DNA of 64,000 nt from Microthrixaceae bacterium (GTDB taxonomy: Bacteria; Actinomycetota; Acidimicrobiia; Acidimicrobiales; Microtrichaceae): the NCBI GenBank assembly GCA_041394485.1, contig JAWKIE010000024.1:1305-65304 (forward strand), in the 5' to 3' direction. The number at the start of each line of letters is the position of its first letter. The stretch's first letter is position 1. Positions 41,024 to 53,266 of this stretch are shown here, in pieces. The notes under the pieces are model-generated. The model ran no database searches. It was not told the origin of the DNA and was given only the letters and a program-made list of their open reading frames with translations. A program made the position numbers and the translations under genes.

Positions 41024-41222
41024 GAAACTCCTCGAGTACAGCTGACGTCAACGAATGATCCGACTCGTACCCGAAGGCACGAGCCGGTGCGTGAGGCTAC
41101 CCGGTACGCCGACGATCGCCCCGCCGCAGCACCCGAACGAGCATCCTTCGGCGGAGCCCAATCCCGATTCCCGCGGCCAGACCGCTACGGGTAGCGTTGA
41201 CACCGACAGCGAGTGGTTAGCC

Positions 41223-41306
41223 GCGGACGTGGCGGAATTGGTAGACGCGCCAGGTTTAGGACCTGGTACCCGAAAAGGTGTGTGGGTTCGATTCCCACCG
41301 TCCGCA
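41223..41306 (+). tRNA. tRNA-Leu(TAG)
   Basis: GCGGACG/CGTCCGC; anticodon arm CCAGG-TTTAGGA-CCTGG; long variable arm. Confidence 0.96.
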
Positions 41307-41317
41307 CCGGAGGATCG

Positions 41318-42217
41318 ATGGACTCACTGGCCATCGCCCGGGATTCCGGGGTGCAGACGTTGGATCACCGGGTGCCCCCGCGCCCAGGCGGATTCACCCC
41401 GGTTGGGATCCTGTGGCACTACACCGCCACGGATCCACGCGGCCGCAACCTGCCGACCCTGCGCGTCGTGAAGGACGGCCGTGCCGACCTGCCCGGCCCC
41501 CTGTGTCAGTTCCTCATCGGCCGCGACGGCACGGTGGCCGTGATTTGCGACGGTCGGGCGAACCACGCGGGCCGGGGGTCGAGCGCCGTGCTGGCCGCAT
41601 TGCGTGCCGGCCGGACCCCGCCACCGCCAAGCGACAACCGGACCGACGGCAACCGATGGTTCGTTGGGGTCGAACTCGAGGCCAACGCCACCAGCGGCTA
41701 CACCGACTCACAACGACACGCCGCCCGTCGCCTGGGGGTGTCGATCTCCCGGGCGCTCGATCTTCCGGCGGCCGCACACCTGGGGCATGCCGAGTGGACC
41801 TCGCGAAAGATCGACCCCGGCGGCCGCTGGCCCATGGCGGAGTTTCGTCAACACATCACCACCGGGCTCCGCAATCGGAGCCTCAAGGAGGGACTGGACA
41901 TGACCAAGGATGAACTTCGTGCGGTCGTGCGCGCCGAGCTGGACCGGGCACGCATACTCGACCTGCAGGGCGAGTACGGCGAGCTCGAGCAATCCGACGA
42001 CGGCTACGGGGAGCGGGCCACCAAGGCGCGCAGCAACGACGTCATCGCCTTCCTTGCGAAGGTGATCGCCGACGAGGGCGCACAGACCCGCAAGGCGATC
42101 GACCGGTTGGCCGAGTCGGTCGACCGGTCGACGAAGGCCACCGAGCGTGCGACGGAACTGGCCGCCGAGGCCGCTCGGCAGGCGGCAACGGCAGCATCAC
42201 GGGACAGCGCCGCCTAG
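41318..42217 (+). CDS. N-acetylmuramoyl-L-alanine amidase (Amidase_2, endolysin-like)
   Basis: WHYTA, GRADLPGPLCQF, RANHAG, GVELE, GHAEW...RKIDPG. Confidence 0.87.
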   Translation: MDSLAIARDSGVQTLDHRVPPRPGGFTPVGILWHYTATDPRGRNLPTLRVVKDGRADLPGPLCQFLIGRDGTVAVICDGRANHAGRGSSAVLAALRAGRTPPPPSDNRTDGNRWFVGVELEANATSGYTDSQRHAARRLGVSISRALDLPAAAHLGHAEWTSRKIDPGGRWPMAEFRQHITTGLRNRSLKEGLDMTKDELRAVVRAELDRARILDLQGEYGELEQSDDGYGERATKARSNDVIAFLAKVIADEGAQTRKAIDRLAESVDRSTKATERATELAAEAARQAATAASRDSAA

Positions 42218-42232
42218 CGGCTCCGTCGTCGG

Positions 42233-43693
42233 TCAGCCGATCAGCGCTCTCGCCTGGCCCACCCAGTCGTCGCGCCGCATCCGACCGCGTAGCGACTCGA
42301 TCGCCTCCGGGAGCGAACCGTCGGGATCGAGGTGTGCCAGATCGGCAAACGTCGACACGCCGGCCTCCCGCAACTCCCTCGCCAGCTTCGGGCCGATGCC
42401 GACGATCCTGGTGAGGTCGTCCCGGCGCCCGTTGGCGGACTCCGGACCGACCCGGCCGGGGTCGGTCAGGCCGTCCGAGACCTCCGACGATCCTCGAGCC
42501 GGGTTCCCGTGCGCCGACGCACCGCCCCCGTGCTCGGCGAGCCGAGCACCCTCACCCAGCCTGGACCCGCCCGCAAGCGCCATGGCCCCCACGCCCTCGC
42601 GTGGTTGGTGGCGCATCGCCTCGCGGTCCTCTCGGCGTTGGCGCAGGTCGATCACCTGGACGTCGTCGGTGGCCGATCGCGGCGCCACCATGCGAACCGA
42701 GAGCCGCGCGCCGGGCGCGGCGTCGACCGTTGCGCCGTTGGCCAAGCCCGTCCCGTTGTCAGGCCCGGCGTCCGGCGCCGTTCCCTCCTCGTGGGCGGCC
42801 ACCGGATTGCGCAGGTCGATCGTGGTCTCGCCGTCGCCGTCGCCATCGCCCCCGCTTGCCGTCGGTCCACGGTCGGCCGGGCGATCGGGCTGGATCCCGT
42901 CGTCGGGATCCGCATGGTCGGAGCCGCCGGTGGAGGGCCCAACCTCGGGCGACCCACCCCGCTGCCGACCGGCGGGAGGAGCCGGGTCGTCCAACGCTTC
43001 GGGCGTTGCAGGCGGATCGGTCTCCGGAGACCGATGCTCCTGCGGCTCCCCGGCACCGATCGGCAGGCCGGTGGCCGGGTCGATCACCGCTCGTCGACGG
43101 GCTCGGCCCGACGACGCCGTGACCGGCGCCGGCTCCTCTGGGACCACGGACTGCTCGGGTGCCGAGCCGAGGTCGATCGTCGGCGACTCGGCAGTGGGCG
43201 ACCCGCCGCCGGTGTGGCCCAGCGCCGGGTGGTCGGACGTCGGCAGGTCGGCGCCGGCGCGTGCCGCGGGGTGCTCGTCACCGGAGGACGTGAGGTCCGC
43301 GGGCGCCGAGTCGGCGTTGTCGCCGGAGGTCGGCGCCTGCGGGGAGGGCCCGCCGGCACGAAGGTCCTCCAACTCCCGTTCGCGCAGCCGGAGTTGTTCC
43401 ACCACCTTGCGGCCGGCCGCTGTCAGCTCCGCCTCGCGGGCGGCAAAAGCCTCGGATCGTTGTGCGTAGTCCGCCTCCAGCTGGGCCACCCTGCGCTCGA
43501 ACGTGGCGGCCTCGGCGTCGGAGAGCCCCGCGAGCTCACCTCCGTCGGCGGTGCGCTCGTGCGCTGCGCCGTCACCAGTGTCGGAGCCCTGCCCGGCCGT
43601 CCCCCCGCCTGAGCGGGAAAAGAACCAACCCACCACAAAGCCGATGAGTGCCGCCGCCACCAATGGCACCACGATGCTTCCCAGAGTTTGCAT
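42233..43693 (-). CDS. Membrane-anchored protein with a disordered middle and a C-terminal helix-hairpin-helix domain
   Basis: N-terminal TM and coiled coil; DDLTRIVGIGPKLARELREAGVSTFADLA...RDDWVGQA. Confidence 0.75.
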   Translation of the reverse strand: MQTLGSIVVPLVAAALIGFVVGWFFSRSGGGTAGQGSDTGDGAAHERTADGGELAGLSDAEAATFERRVAQLEADYAQRSEAFAAREAELTAAGRKVVEQLRLRERELEDLRAGGPSPQAPTSGDNADSAPADLTSSGDEHPAARAGADLPTSDHPALGHTGGGSPTAESPTIDLGSAPEQSVVPEEPAPVTASSGRARRRAVIDPATGLPIGAGEPQEHRSPETDPPATPEALDDPAPPAGRQRGGSPEVGPSTGGSDHADPDDGIQPDRPADRGPTASGGDGDGDGETTIDLRNPVAAHEEGTAPDAGPDNGTGLANGATVDAAPGARLSVRMVAPRSATDDVQVIDLRQRREDREAMRHQPREGVGAMALAGGSRLGEGARLAEHGGGASAHGNPARGSSEVSDGLTDPGRVGPESANGRRDDLTRIVGIGPKLARELREAGVSTFADLAHLDPDGSLPEAIESLRGRMRRDDWVGQARALIG

Positions 43694-43861
43694 GCAGTTC
43701 AGGTCCTCCAACCGGCTCCGCCGAGCCCTCGCACGACGACCAGCAAACCACGCAGCGTCGCCGGGGGCAAGGGTCGTGGGGACCAGACGCAACGAATGCC
43801 ACGCACGGTCGGTGCAGCCCCACTTTCCGCACTATCTCAAGGAGTTTCGGCCCTTGGACGA

Positions 43862-44380
43862 TCAGGCGGCGGCCGGGAGAAACGGCCGCCAGGACACCGG
43901 CACCGTGTCGACGTCCAGCATCGGCCACGGCTCACCGCTCGCGTCCTCGGCGTGGATCGCCCAGCCCATCTCGGCCGGGGTGCGGTCACCCTTGCGTTGG
44001 TTGCACGGCACGCAGGCGGCCACCAGGTTGCTCGGCTCGTCGCCGCCTCCACGGGACCGGGGCATGACGTGATCGACGGACGTCGCCCGCTCGACACACA
44101 CGGGGCTGGAGGTTCGATAGGCACACAGGTGGCCGTCGCGCCGCAACACCGACCGGCGGGTGGCACCGACCGCTCGGGCGGGGGCGGCCGAGACGTACCG
44201 GCGCAGCCGGATCACCGCGGGGAACGGATACTCGGCCCGGGCGGACCGGATGCCCCGCCCGTCCTCGGTCGCCTCCACGGTGACCTTGTCGGCCAGCACC
44301 AGGCAGATGGCGCGGTGCCAGTGGATCAGCACCAGTGGTTCATAGGAGACGTTGAGCACCAGCACCTGTTGGTTGGCCAC
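43862..44380 (-). CDS. HNH endonuclease
   Basis: VLVLNVSYEPL, VLRRDGHLCAY, SVDHVMPRSRGG, NLVAACVPCNQRKG. Confidence 0.92.
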   Translation of the reverse strand: MANQQVLVLNVSYEPLVLIHWHRAICLVLADKVTVEATEDGRGIRSARAEYPFPAVIRLRRYVSAAPARAVGATRRSVLRRDGHLCAYRTSSPVCVERATSVDHVMPRSRGGGDEPSNLVAACVPCNQRKGDRTPAEMGWAIHAEDASGEPWPMLDVDTVPVSWRPFLPAAA

Positions 44381-44497
44381 GTCGCTTCCCTTTCCGCTCG
44401 TCGGGTCCTCGCCGAGCGGGTGACACCCGACTCACTCAAGCATTGCCGACGGCGCCGGCCGCTGCGCCCGCTTTTCGCACGACCACGGTCCGGGGCC

Positions 44498-45217
44498 TTA
44501 CTCGCGCGTGTCCGAGCCGCCCGGCCACCCGGTGGACTCCATCGCCTCCACGAGCGCCGCAAGCGCCCGGCCACGATGGGAGATGGCCGCCTTGGCGCTC
44601 CTGCTCATCTCGGCGAAGGTGGCGCCATCGCCATCGTCGGGCACAAACATGGGGTCGTAGCCGAATCCGAGGGTGCCTCGTCCGGCCGTGATCACCCGAC
44701 CCTCAACCACGCCCTCCGACCGAAGCCGGACGTTGCCTGCGGGATCGGCCAGCGACAACGCACATCGGAAGCGGGCACGATCGACGTCGTTGGGACGCCG
44801 GCCCAGCATCACCGCCAGGGCACGCCGGTTGGCCTCATCCACCGGGTCCGGCCCGGCCGCGGTCGTCCTGGGCAAGGTGGTCGAGGCGGTCGAGGCCACC
44901 AGGTCGGCGTCGGTCAGGTCGCCGCTCGCGATCAGGTCGGCCGCAAACCGCGCCGACCTCACCCCCGGGACGCCATCGAGCGCGTCGGTCTCGAACCCGG
45001 AGTCGTCGGCCAACGCCCAGCACCCCACGGCCCGTGCGACCGCCACCGCCTTCAGGTCGGCGTTGGCGGCGAAGGTCGTTCCGGTCTCCTCCACCTCGGC
45101 GAGGTGATCGGGACGGCCGACCACGTCCACCGGCAGGCCCGCCAGCAGCTCGACGAGCTCGGCCACCTTGTTCGGGTTGGCCGTGGCCAACACCAGGGTC
45201 GTTGACGGTGCGGTCAC
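44498..45217 (-). CDS. rdgB: Non-canonical purine NTP pyrophosphatase (RdgB/HAM1)
   Basis: LATANPNKVAE, ADDSG, PGVRSAR, GFGYDP, ISHRGRA. Confidence 0.93.
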   Translation of the reverse strand: MTAPSTTLVLATANPNKVAELVELLAGLPVDVVGRPDHLAEVEETGTTFAANADLKAVAVARAVGCWALADDSGFETDALDGVPGVRSARFAADLIASGDLTDADLVASTASTTLPRTTAAGPDPVDEANRRALAVMLGRRPNDVDRARFRCALSLADPAGNVRLRSEGVVEGRVITAGRGTLGFGYDPMFVPDDGDGATFAEMSRSAKAAISHRGRALAALVEAMESTGWPGGSDTRE

Positions 45218-45270
45218 GACGCCCTTGATCGGCGACGTCGGCTCGACACGGGTGGCGGGCGCCGCATCGC

Positions 45271-46023
45271 TCAGGCGGGCCGGCCAGCGGGACGCGGCGC
45301 CGGCGGGGTTGCGGTGTAGCGCTGCTGCGACTCGAACAGGTCGGACGCGCCGCCCTCGGCCAGCACCATCAACTCGTCGAGTTGGGCCCGGCTGAACGGC
45401 GCCCCCTCAGCGGTTCCCTGCACCTCGACGAATCGTCCGTCGCCCGCCACGACCACGTTCATGTCCACCTCGGCCCGTGAGTCCTCCTCGTAGGGCAGGT
45501 CCAGCCGGGCCTCACCGTCGATCAACCCCACCGAGACGGCGGCCAGCGGCTGGATGATCGGGTTGGCGGCCACCGACCCGGCCTGCACCAGGCGCTCGCA
45601 GGCGTCCCACAGCGCCAGCCAGGCACCGGTGATCGAGGTGGTTCGGGTTCCACCGTCGGCCTGAAGCACGTCGCAGTCGACCAGTAGCTGACGCTCGCCC
45701 AGCACGGCATGGTCGACGACCGCCCGCAGCGAGCGGCCGATCAGCCGCTGGATCTCCTGGGTGCGTCCTTTGGGGCCCTTGGTTTCGCGACGAATCCGTT
45801 CGGGTGACGATCCCGGCAGCATCGAGTACTCGGCGGTCACCCAGCCCTCGCCCCGGCCCCGCATCCAGCGCGGCACGTCCTCGTCCAGGCTCACCGTGCA
45901 CAGCACCTTGGTGCGGCCGCAGGAGGCCATCACCGAGCCGAGCGCAAACTCGGTGGCGTCCCGCTCGAAACTCACCGGCCGAAGCTCGTCGTTGGCTCGG
46001 CCGTCGGATCGGTTGGAGGTCAT
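45271..46023 (-). CDS. rph: Ribonuclease PH
   Basis: GWVTAEYSMLP, EIQRLIGRSLR, DVLQADGGTRT, EVQGTAEG. Confidence 0.96.
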   Translation of the reverse strand: MTSNRSDGRANDELRPVSFERDATEFALGSVMASCGRTKVLCTVSLDEDVPRWMRGRGEGWVTAEYSMLPGSSPERIRRETKGPKGRTQEIQRLIGRSLRAVVDHAVLGERQLLVDCDVLQADGGTRTTSITGAWLALWDACERLVQAGSVAANPIIQPLAAVSVGLIDGEARLDLPYEEDSRAEVDMNVVVAGDGRFVEVQGTAEGAPFSRAQLDELMVLAEGGASDLFESQQRYTATPPAPRPAGRPA

Positions 46024-46037
46024 CTCGGAGGTCACGC

Positions 46038-46766
46038 TCACAGTTCGAATCGAAGATGGGGGGCGGCGACGTGGACCTCGCCGCCAAAGGTGTCCGACGC
46101 GGTGCCCAGCACCGCGTCGCGGTCCTGTCCGGGCACGATGTGGGTCAGCGCCAGATAGGAGACGCCGGCATCCCGGCACATCGCGCCGGCCTGATCGCCG
46201 GACAGGTGCATGCCGCCGGTGTCCGCTGCCTCGACGTACGAGGCCTCGCACAACCCGAGGGTGATCGGCACGTTGAACTCCTTGAAGCTCCAGCCGGGAC
46301 CGGTGTCGGCGGAGTAGCCGATGGACGTCGGTCCGGCCGCCAGGTGAAACGCCAGCGTGTCGCCGGGGTGGTCGGTGGCCGAGCAGCGCAGTTCCATCGG
46401 TCCGAGGTCGAACTCGTCCCCGTCCGCCGCCTCCTCGAGCACGAACGTGGGCCCGACCGGGGCCCCGAGCGCCGCCTCCACCCGATCGAGTGCGTCCCGG
46501 GGGCCGATGACGGGCAGGTCGTCACGCCCGAGGGCGTAGCGGAACGCGTTGCACAGCGTCGGCAGATCGGCCCAGTGATCGGGGTGGGCGTGCGAGAGCA
46601 GCACCGCATCGAGGCGCTCGAGCGGCACGTGGCGCTGCAGGTTGGACAGCGTGCCGGGCCCGGCGTCCATCAGCAGCCGAAAGCCGTCGTGCTCGATGAG
46701 ATACCCGGAGCACGCGTCGTCCGGGCCGGCAAACGTGCCGGATGATCCAAGAACCGTGAGACGCAT
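46038..46766 (-). CDS. MBL-fold metallo-hydrolase (RNase Z-like)
   Basis: LSHAHPDHWAD, YSADTG, LTHI; typical position upstream of rph. Confidence 0.92.
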   Translation of the reverse strand: MRLTVLGSSGTFAGPDDACSGYLIEHDGFRLLMDAGPGTLSNLQRHVPLERLDAVLLSHAHPDHWADLPTLCNAFRYALGRDDLPVIGPRDALDRVEAALGAPVGPTFVLEEAADGDEFDLGPMELRCSATDHPGDTLAFHLAAGPTSIGYSADTGPGWSFKEFNVPITLGLCEASYVEAADTGGMHLSGDQAGAMCRDAGVSYLALTHIVPGQDRDAVLGTASDTFGGEVHVAAPHLRFEL

Positions 46767-46846
46767 GGGGCTGGTTCCTCCCGCTGGGGCCGCTTCTCGA
46801 CACCCAGCGTAGCTGTACCCGGCGCGCCGGCCGGCTCATCCCCCGG

Positions 46847-48418
46847 TCAACCCCGGGTGGCCGACGCGGCCGGGCGGCCCAGTTCCACGGCGACGGGTTG
46901 GGAGCTTCCGGCCGAACCGGAGGCGCCGTCGGTAACCCTGGCCAGGGCCTGAATCAGCACCTGGTTGGCGTCGGCGTCCGACACGGCGGCAAGGTTGGCG
47001 ATGTCGTCGGGATGTGGCCGAAACGGACGCTCGTCGCTCCCCTGCAGGCCGACGCCGTAGTGCCGGGCATAGGACCCGCCCACAAACCGGTAGGCGGCCG
47101 CCATCACGGGGCTGCTCCGCCGGATCTGCGCCAGGGTTCGACGCCGTCGGGCCGTCTTGGAGTAGAAGGCGCCGTAGGCCCAGCGGGCGCCGGCGTCCAG
47201 CGTGGCGACCGACATGCGCGCCGGCTGGAAGAGCGTCCGGTAGGCGTTGTAGTGCGACCAGTCGTAGTCGAAGATGCGGCCGTCCTCGTGGAGCCGGGAG
47301 AAGGTGTTGGTGCCCGGCAGCGGGGTGAGGATGGTGAAGTGCGCCGTGTCCACCCCGATCTCGTCGGCAGCGCGCACGGTGTCGGCAAAGACGCCGGGGC
47401 CGTCGGAGTCGAAACCGAAGATGAACCCGCCCTCGACGGCGATGTGGGCATCGTGGAGCCGCTGCACCAGCGCGGCGAACTCGCCGGGGCGGTTCTTCTT
47501 GTTCGCCTCCTTCAACGCCTGTCGATCCACGCTCTCGAAGCCGATGAAGAACAGCGCCGCGCCGGCCGCCTCCGCCAGTTTCAGCAGCTCGGGATTTCGT
47601 GCCAGCCCGATCGAGGTCTGGGCGGCGAACCGCACCGGCAGGTTGGCCGAGGCGATCGCCTCGAACAACGACCCGCAGTAGTCCTGGTCGGCCGCCAGGT
47701 CGTCGTCGGTGAAGAACACCACGATCGGGGTCCCCGGTGGCCGGCCCGGCATGGCCACCCGCACCCGCAGCTCGTCGACCACCGTGGCGGGGTCCCGGTG
47801 GCGCTGTCCCCTGCCGTTGATGCGGATCACCGAGCAGAAGTCGCAGTTGAACCGGCAGCCGCGCGTGGTCTGGGTGGTGTGGGTCGGCAGGTAGCGACCC
47901 CGGGGGAAGCGCTCGTAGCGCGGCATCAACTCGTCGATCGTCGGGGCGAGCGACAGGTCCTCCCAGGAGCCTTCGTAGAAGCGCTGGAGCCGCCCCGCCG
48001 ACGCATCGGCCAGCACCCGGCCCAGCGTCGCCTCGCACTCGCCGACGACCACGGCGTCGGCATGGCGTGCGGCCTCCCCGGGGAGCATCGACGGATGCAC
48101 GCCCCCCACGATCACCGGGATGCCCTTGGCCCGGTAGTGGGCGGCGATCCGATAGGTGCGGGGCGCGTTCGCAGTCCAGGTGGTGAGCGCCACCAGGTCG
48201 GTGGGCGCTTCCAGGTCGAGATCCTCCGCGTCCTCGTCGACCAGTTCGGTGTCCCAGCCCTCCCGCCGCGCCAACGCCTCGATCGTCATGGCGGCCAGGG
48301 GCGGAAACCGGTGCAGGGACACGTGATGGAGCCCCACCGAGCCCCAGCGCGCCTTGATCACCGTGAGGTGTGGCCGATCGCCGGAACGCCCCGACCCGAC
48401 CCGACTCGATGCCGCCAT
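46847..48418 (-). CDS. B12-binding radical SAM protein
   Basis: GGVHPS and VVGECE (cobalamin-binding region); RGCRFNCDFC (CxxxCxxC); GFES; TPLPGT. Confidence 0.9.
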   Translation of the reverse strand: MAASSRVGSGRSGDRPHLTVIKARWGSVGLHHVSLHRFPPLAAMTIEALARREGWDTELVDEDAEDLDLEAPTDLVALTTWTANAPRTYRIAAHYRAKGIPVIVGGVHPSMLPGEAARHADAVVVGECEATLGRVLADASAGRLQRFYEGSWEDLSLAPTIDELMPRYERFPRGRYLPTHTTQTTRGCRFNCDFCSVIRINGRGQRHRDPATVVDELRVRVAMPGRPPGTPIVVFFTDDDLAADQDYCGSLFEAIASANLPVRFAAQTSIGLARNPELLKLAEAAGAALFFIGFESVDRQALKEANKKNRPGEFAALVQRLHDAHIAVEGGFIFGFDSDGPGVFADTVRAADEIGVDTAHFTILTPLPGTNTFSRLHEDGRIFDYDWSHYNAYRTLFQPARMSVATLDAGARWAYGAFYSKTARRRRTLAQIRRSSPVMAAAYRFVGGSYARHYGVGLQGSDERPFRPHPDDIANLAAVSDADANQVLIQALARVTDGASGSAGSSQPVAVELGRPAASATRG

Positions 48419-48510
48419 GAACGCTCCTTCGGCGAGGTGTGTCCGCCGTCCGCAGGAGCCCACGGTACTACCAAATCACGTTCAAGGCCAGGGTGGCGCC
48501 GGTCGGCCGG

Positions 48511-50691
48511 TCAGATCGACTGAAAGAACTCCAGCTCGGCCTGCATGGCGTCGACGATCGTGTCCCGCCGGCGCCACCCGTGGGCCTCGCCCTCGTAGCG
48601 CCGCTCCTCCACCCTTGTGCCCTGTCGCCTGAGCGCGGCGACGAGCGCATCGGCCTGGCTGGGCGGAACCACGGGGTCGTCCTGGCCCTGCAGCACCAAC
48701 ACCGGCACCGTGATTCCCTCCACGGCGAACAGCGGCGACCGGGACCGGTACAGCTCGGCCTCCTGGGGGTAGGGGCCGACCAGGCCGTCGAGGTAGCGGC
48801 TCTCGAACTTGTGGGTCTCGGCGGCCAGCAGCGCCAGATCGGCCACGCCGTAGCTGGAGGCCGCTGCGGCGAAGGTCTCGTGAAAGGCCACCGCCGACAG
48901 GGCGGTGAACCCGCCCGCCGAGCCACCCCGGATGAACAGCCGGTCCGGGTCGGCCAGGCCGCGTTCGGCCAGCCCGGCGGCGACGGTGACGCAGTCGATC
49001 ACATCGACCTCGCCCCACCGGCCCTTGAGTGCGTCCCGGTACGGGCGGCCGTACCCGGTCGACCCCCGGTAATTCACGTCGGCGACCGCAAACCCCCGGG
49101 TGGTCCAGAACTGCACGTCGGCCCGGTAACGCCACTCCGCCGCCGAGGTGGGCCCGCCGTGGATTCGAACCACCAGCGGCGGGGCCTCGGTCGGCTCGCC
49201 GACCTCGGGGTTGCGCGGCGGGTAATACAGCGCATAGGTCGTCGAGACCGGCGTCCCGCCTCGGGTGGGGGTCTCCCGCTCGCCCGAAGCGTCGATGGGA
49301 AACCCGAGGTGTTGCGGGGACGACACCCAGCGGGGCGCCAGATCGATCGAGCCGTCCGGCGCACCGGGCCCAGTGGGCACCCGTCCCTCGATCGGGTCCC
49401 CAGGCGGGTCCGCCTGCGCCGCCTCGGAATCGACGGTCGGCAGCGACGCCAGCTGTTCGCAGGTCCACCATCGAACGTGGGGGGCCATGGTGGCACCGGC
49501 GACGATCGCCGCCACGACCCGAACCCCGCCGGGACCGTCGCCGACGGCGAAGGTCTCAACCTGGGCCAGCTGCGGTTCGATGTCGACGCCGCACGTCGCG
49601 ACTCCGGCCGGGGCTGCGGCCATCACCTCCGGGGCGGTCGTCGAGCCGATCAGCTCGACCCGCACCGCACCACCCGGCTGCGGATCCGTCCGGTCGCCGG
49701 ACGGGTCGACACTCGGGGCGCCCAACACGGTCAGGTGATCCCGGCCGTCGATCCGCCGGGCACACAACGCACCGCCGCCGGGCAGCGGGGCCAGCCGGGT
49801 TCGAGCGAACACCCAGTGGGGCTGGCTCAGTTCCCAGGGCCCGGGGTCCACCGGGCGGGCGCCGCCCGGATGGGCCTCGCCGGGGGCGCACACCATGGCG
49901 TTCCAAAATCCGTTGGCACCGTCGGAGGCGAACCACAACGACCCGTCCGGACCCCATGCGGCATCGGAGACCGACACCGGCACCCCGCCGGCCTCCGGTG
50001 CCAGTCGGCCGCCGGCGACCACCCTCGGGTCGGCGATGTCGACCAGCCCGTTGGCGGCGGTTCCCAGCTCGGCCACCCAGAGGGCGGCGGCGTCCCACGG
50101 CATGTCCGGATGGCTCCAGGCCAACCAGCACAGCATCGACCCGTCCCCGGAGATCCGCGGGTCGGCCACGAAGCTCGAGCCGGCCGCCAGGATGTTGATC
50201 GCGCCGTCGGACACCCGGATCGCCACCAGCTCCTGGAGGGCCTCGGCGCCGGGCACCGGTCGCTCGCGGACGCAGATCAGCGTGGTCGCGTCCGGGGTGA
50301 GTTGCAGGTCGGCGTAGCGGATCGTCGCTTCGGCCGGGCTCTCCGCGGTGACCGGACGGCGATCGCCCGACACGCCGTCGGGTCCCAACGGGATCGCCCA
50401 GATGCGACCGTCGGCGCGGAGCGAGGCGTAGAGCACCCCCGGCCCCGCCCGCCACGCGCCTCCGCCGTATTCGTTGACCCGGGTCCGGACGTCGACGTCG
50501 GCGGGCACGACGTCGTGATGGCCGTGCTCCTCGGTCCACCGGACGACGGCCACCCGGCCGCCCTCACCCGCCCGGCTCTCCGACCAGTACAGCGCCCCGT
50601 CGGCCACCTGAACCTCGCTTGGCCGCGACCCGGGGGCCGCCACCTGCTCGGCGCCCAGCGGGCTGGGCCAGTGGCCCGGCCGTGGCGTCAC
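48511..50691 (-). CDS. S9 family peptidase (prolyl oligopeptidase-like)
   Basis: HGGPT, VNYRGSTGYG, GGSAGG, DPVV, EGEAHGW. Confidence 0.93.
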   Translation of the reverse strand: MTPRPGHWPSPLGAEQVAAPGSRPSEVQVADGALYWSESRAGEGGRVAVVRWTEEHGHHDVVPADVDVRTRVNEYGGGAWRAGPGVLYASLRADGRIWAIPLGPDGVSGDRRPVTAESPAEATIRYADLQLTPDATTLICVRERPVPGAEALQELVAIRVSDGAINILAAGSSFVADPRISGDGSMLCWLAWSHPDMPWDAAALWVAELGTAANGLVDIADPRVVAGGRLAPEAGGVPVSVSDAAWGPDGSLWFASDGANGFWNAMVCAPGEAHPGGARPVDPGPWELSQPHWVFARTRLAPLPGGGALCARRIDGRDHLTVLGAPSVDPSGDRTDPQPGGAVRVELIGSTTAPEVMAAAPAGVATCGVDIEPQLAQVETFAVGDGPGGVRVVAAIVAGATMAPHVRWWTCEQLASLPTVDSEAAQADPPGDPIEGRVPTGPGAPDGSIDLAPRWVSSPQHLGFPIDASGERETPTRGGTPVSTTYALYYPPRNPEVGEPTEAPPLVVRIHGGPTSAAEWRYRADVQFWTTRGFAVADVNYRGSTGYGRPYRDALKGRWGEVDVIDCVTVAAGLAERGLADPDRLFIRGGSAGGFTALSAVAFHETFAAAASSYGVADLALLAAETHKFESRYLDGLVGPYPQEAELYRSRSPLFAVEGITVPVLVLQGQDDPVVPPSQADALVAALRRQGTRVEERRYEGEAHGWRRRDTIVDAMQAELEFFQSI

Positions 50692-50752
50692 CACCGCGTC
50701 GAATATCGGGCGGGTCCGGACCAACACGGCCGGCCTCGCAGGGCTGCCTCGC

Positions 50753-53253
<2,501 letters not shown>

Positions 53254-53266
53254 GCGCGGGCTCGAC

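Noticed and set aside
43862-44380. HNH gene as a mobile element or defence system
   Set aside because: It resembles the common stand-alone actinobacterial HNH family; no flanking repeats or partner genes.
46847-50691. S9 peptidase + B12 radical SAM as a RiPP cluster
   Set aside because: No precursor ORF is visible between or beside them.
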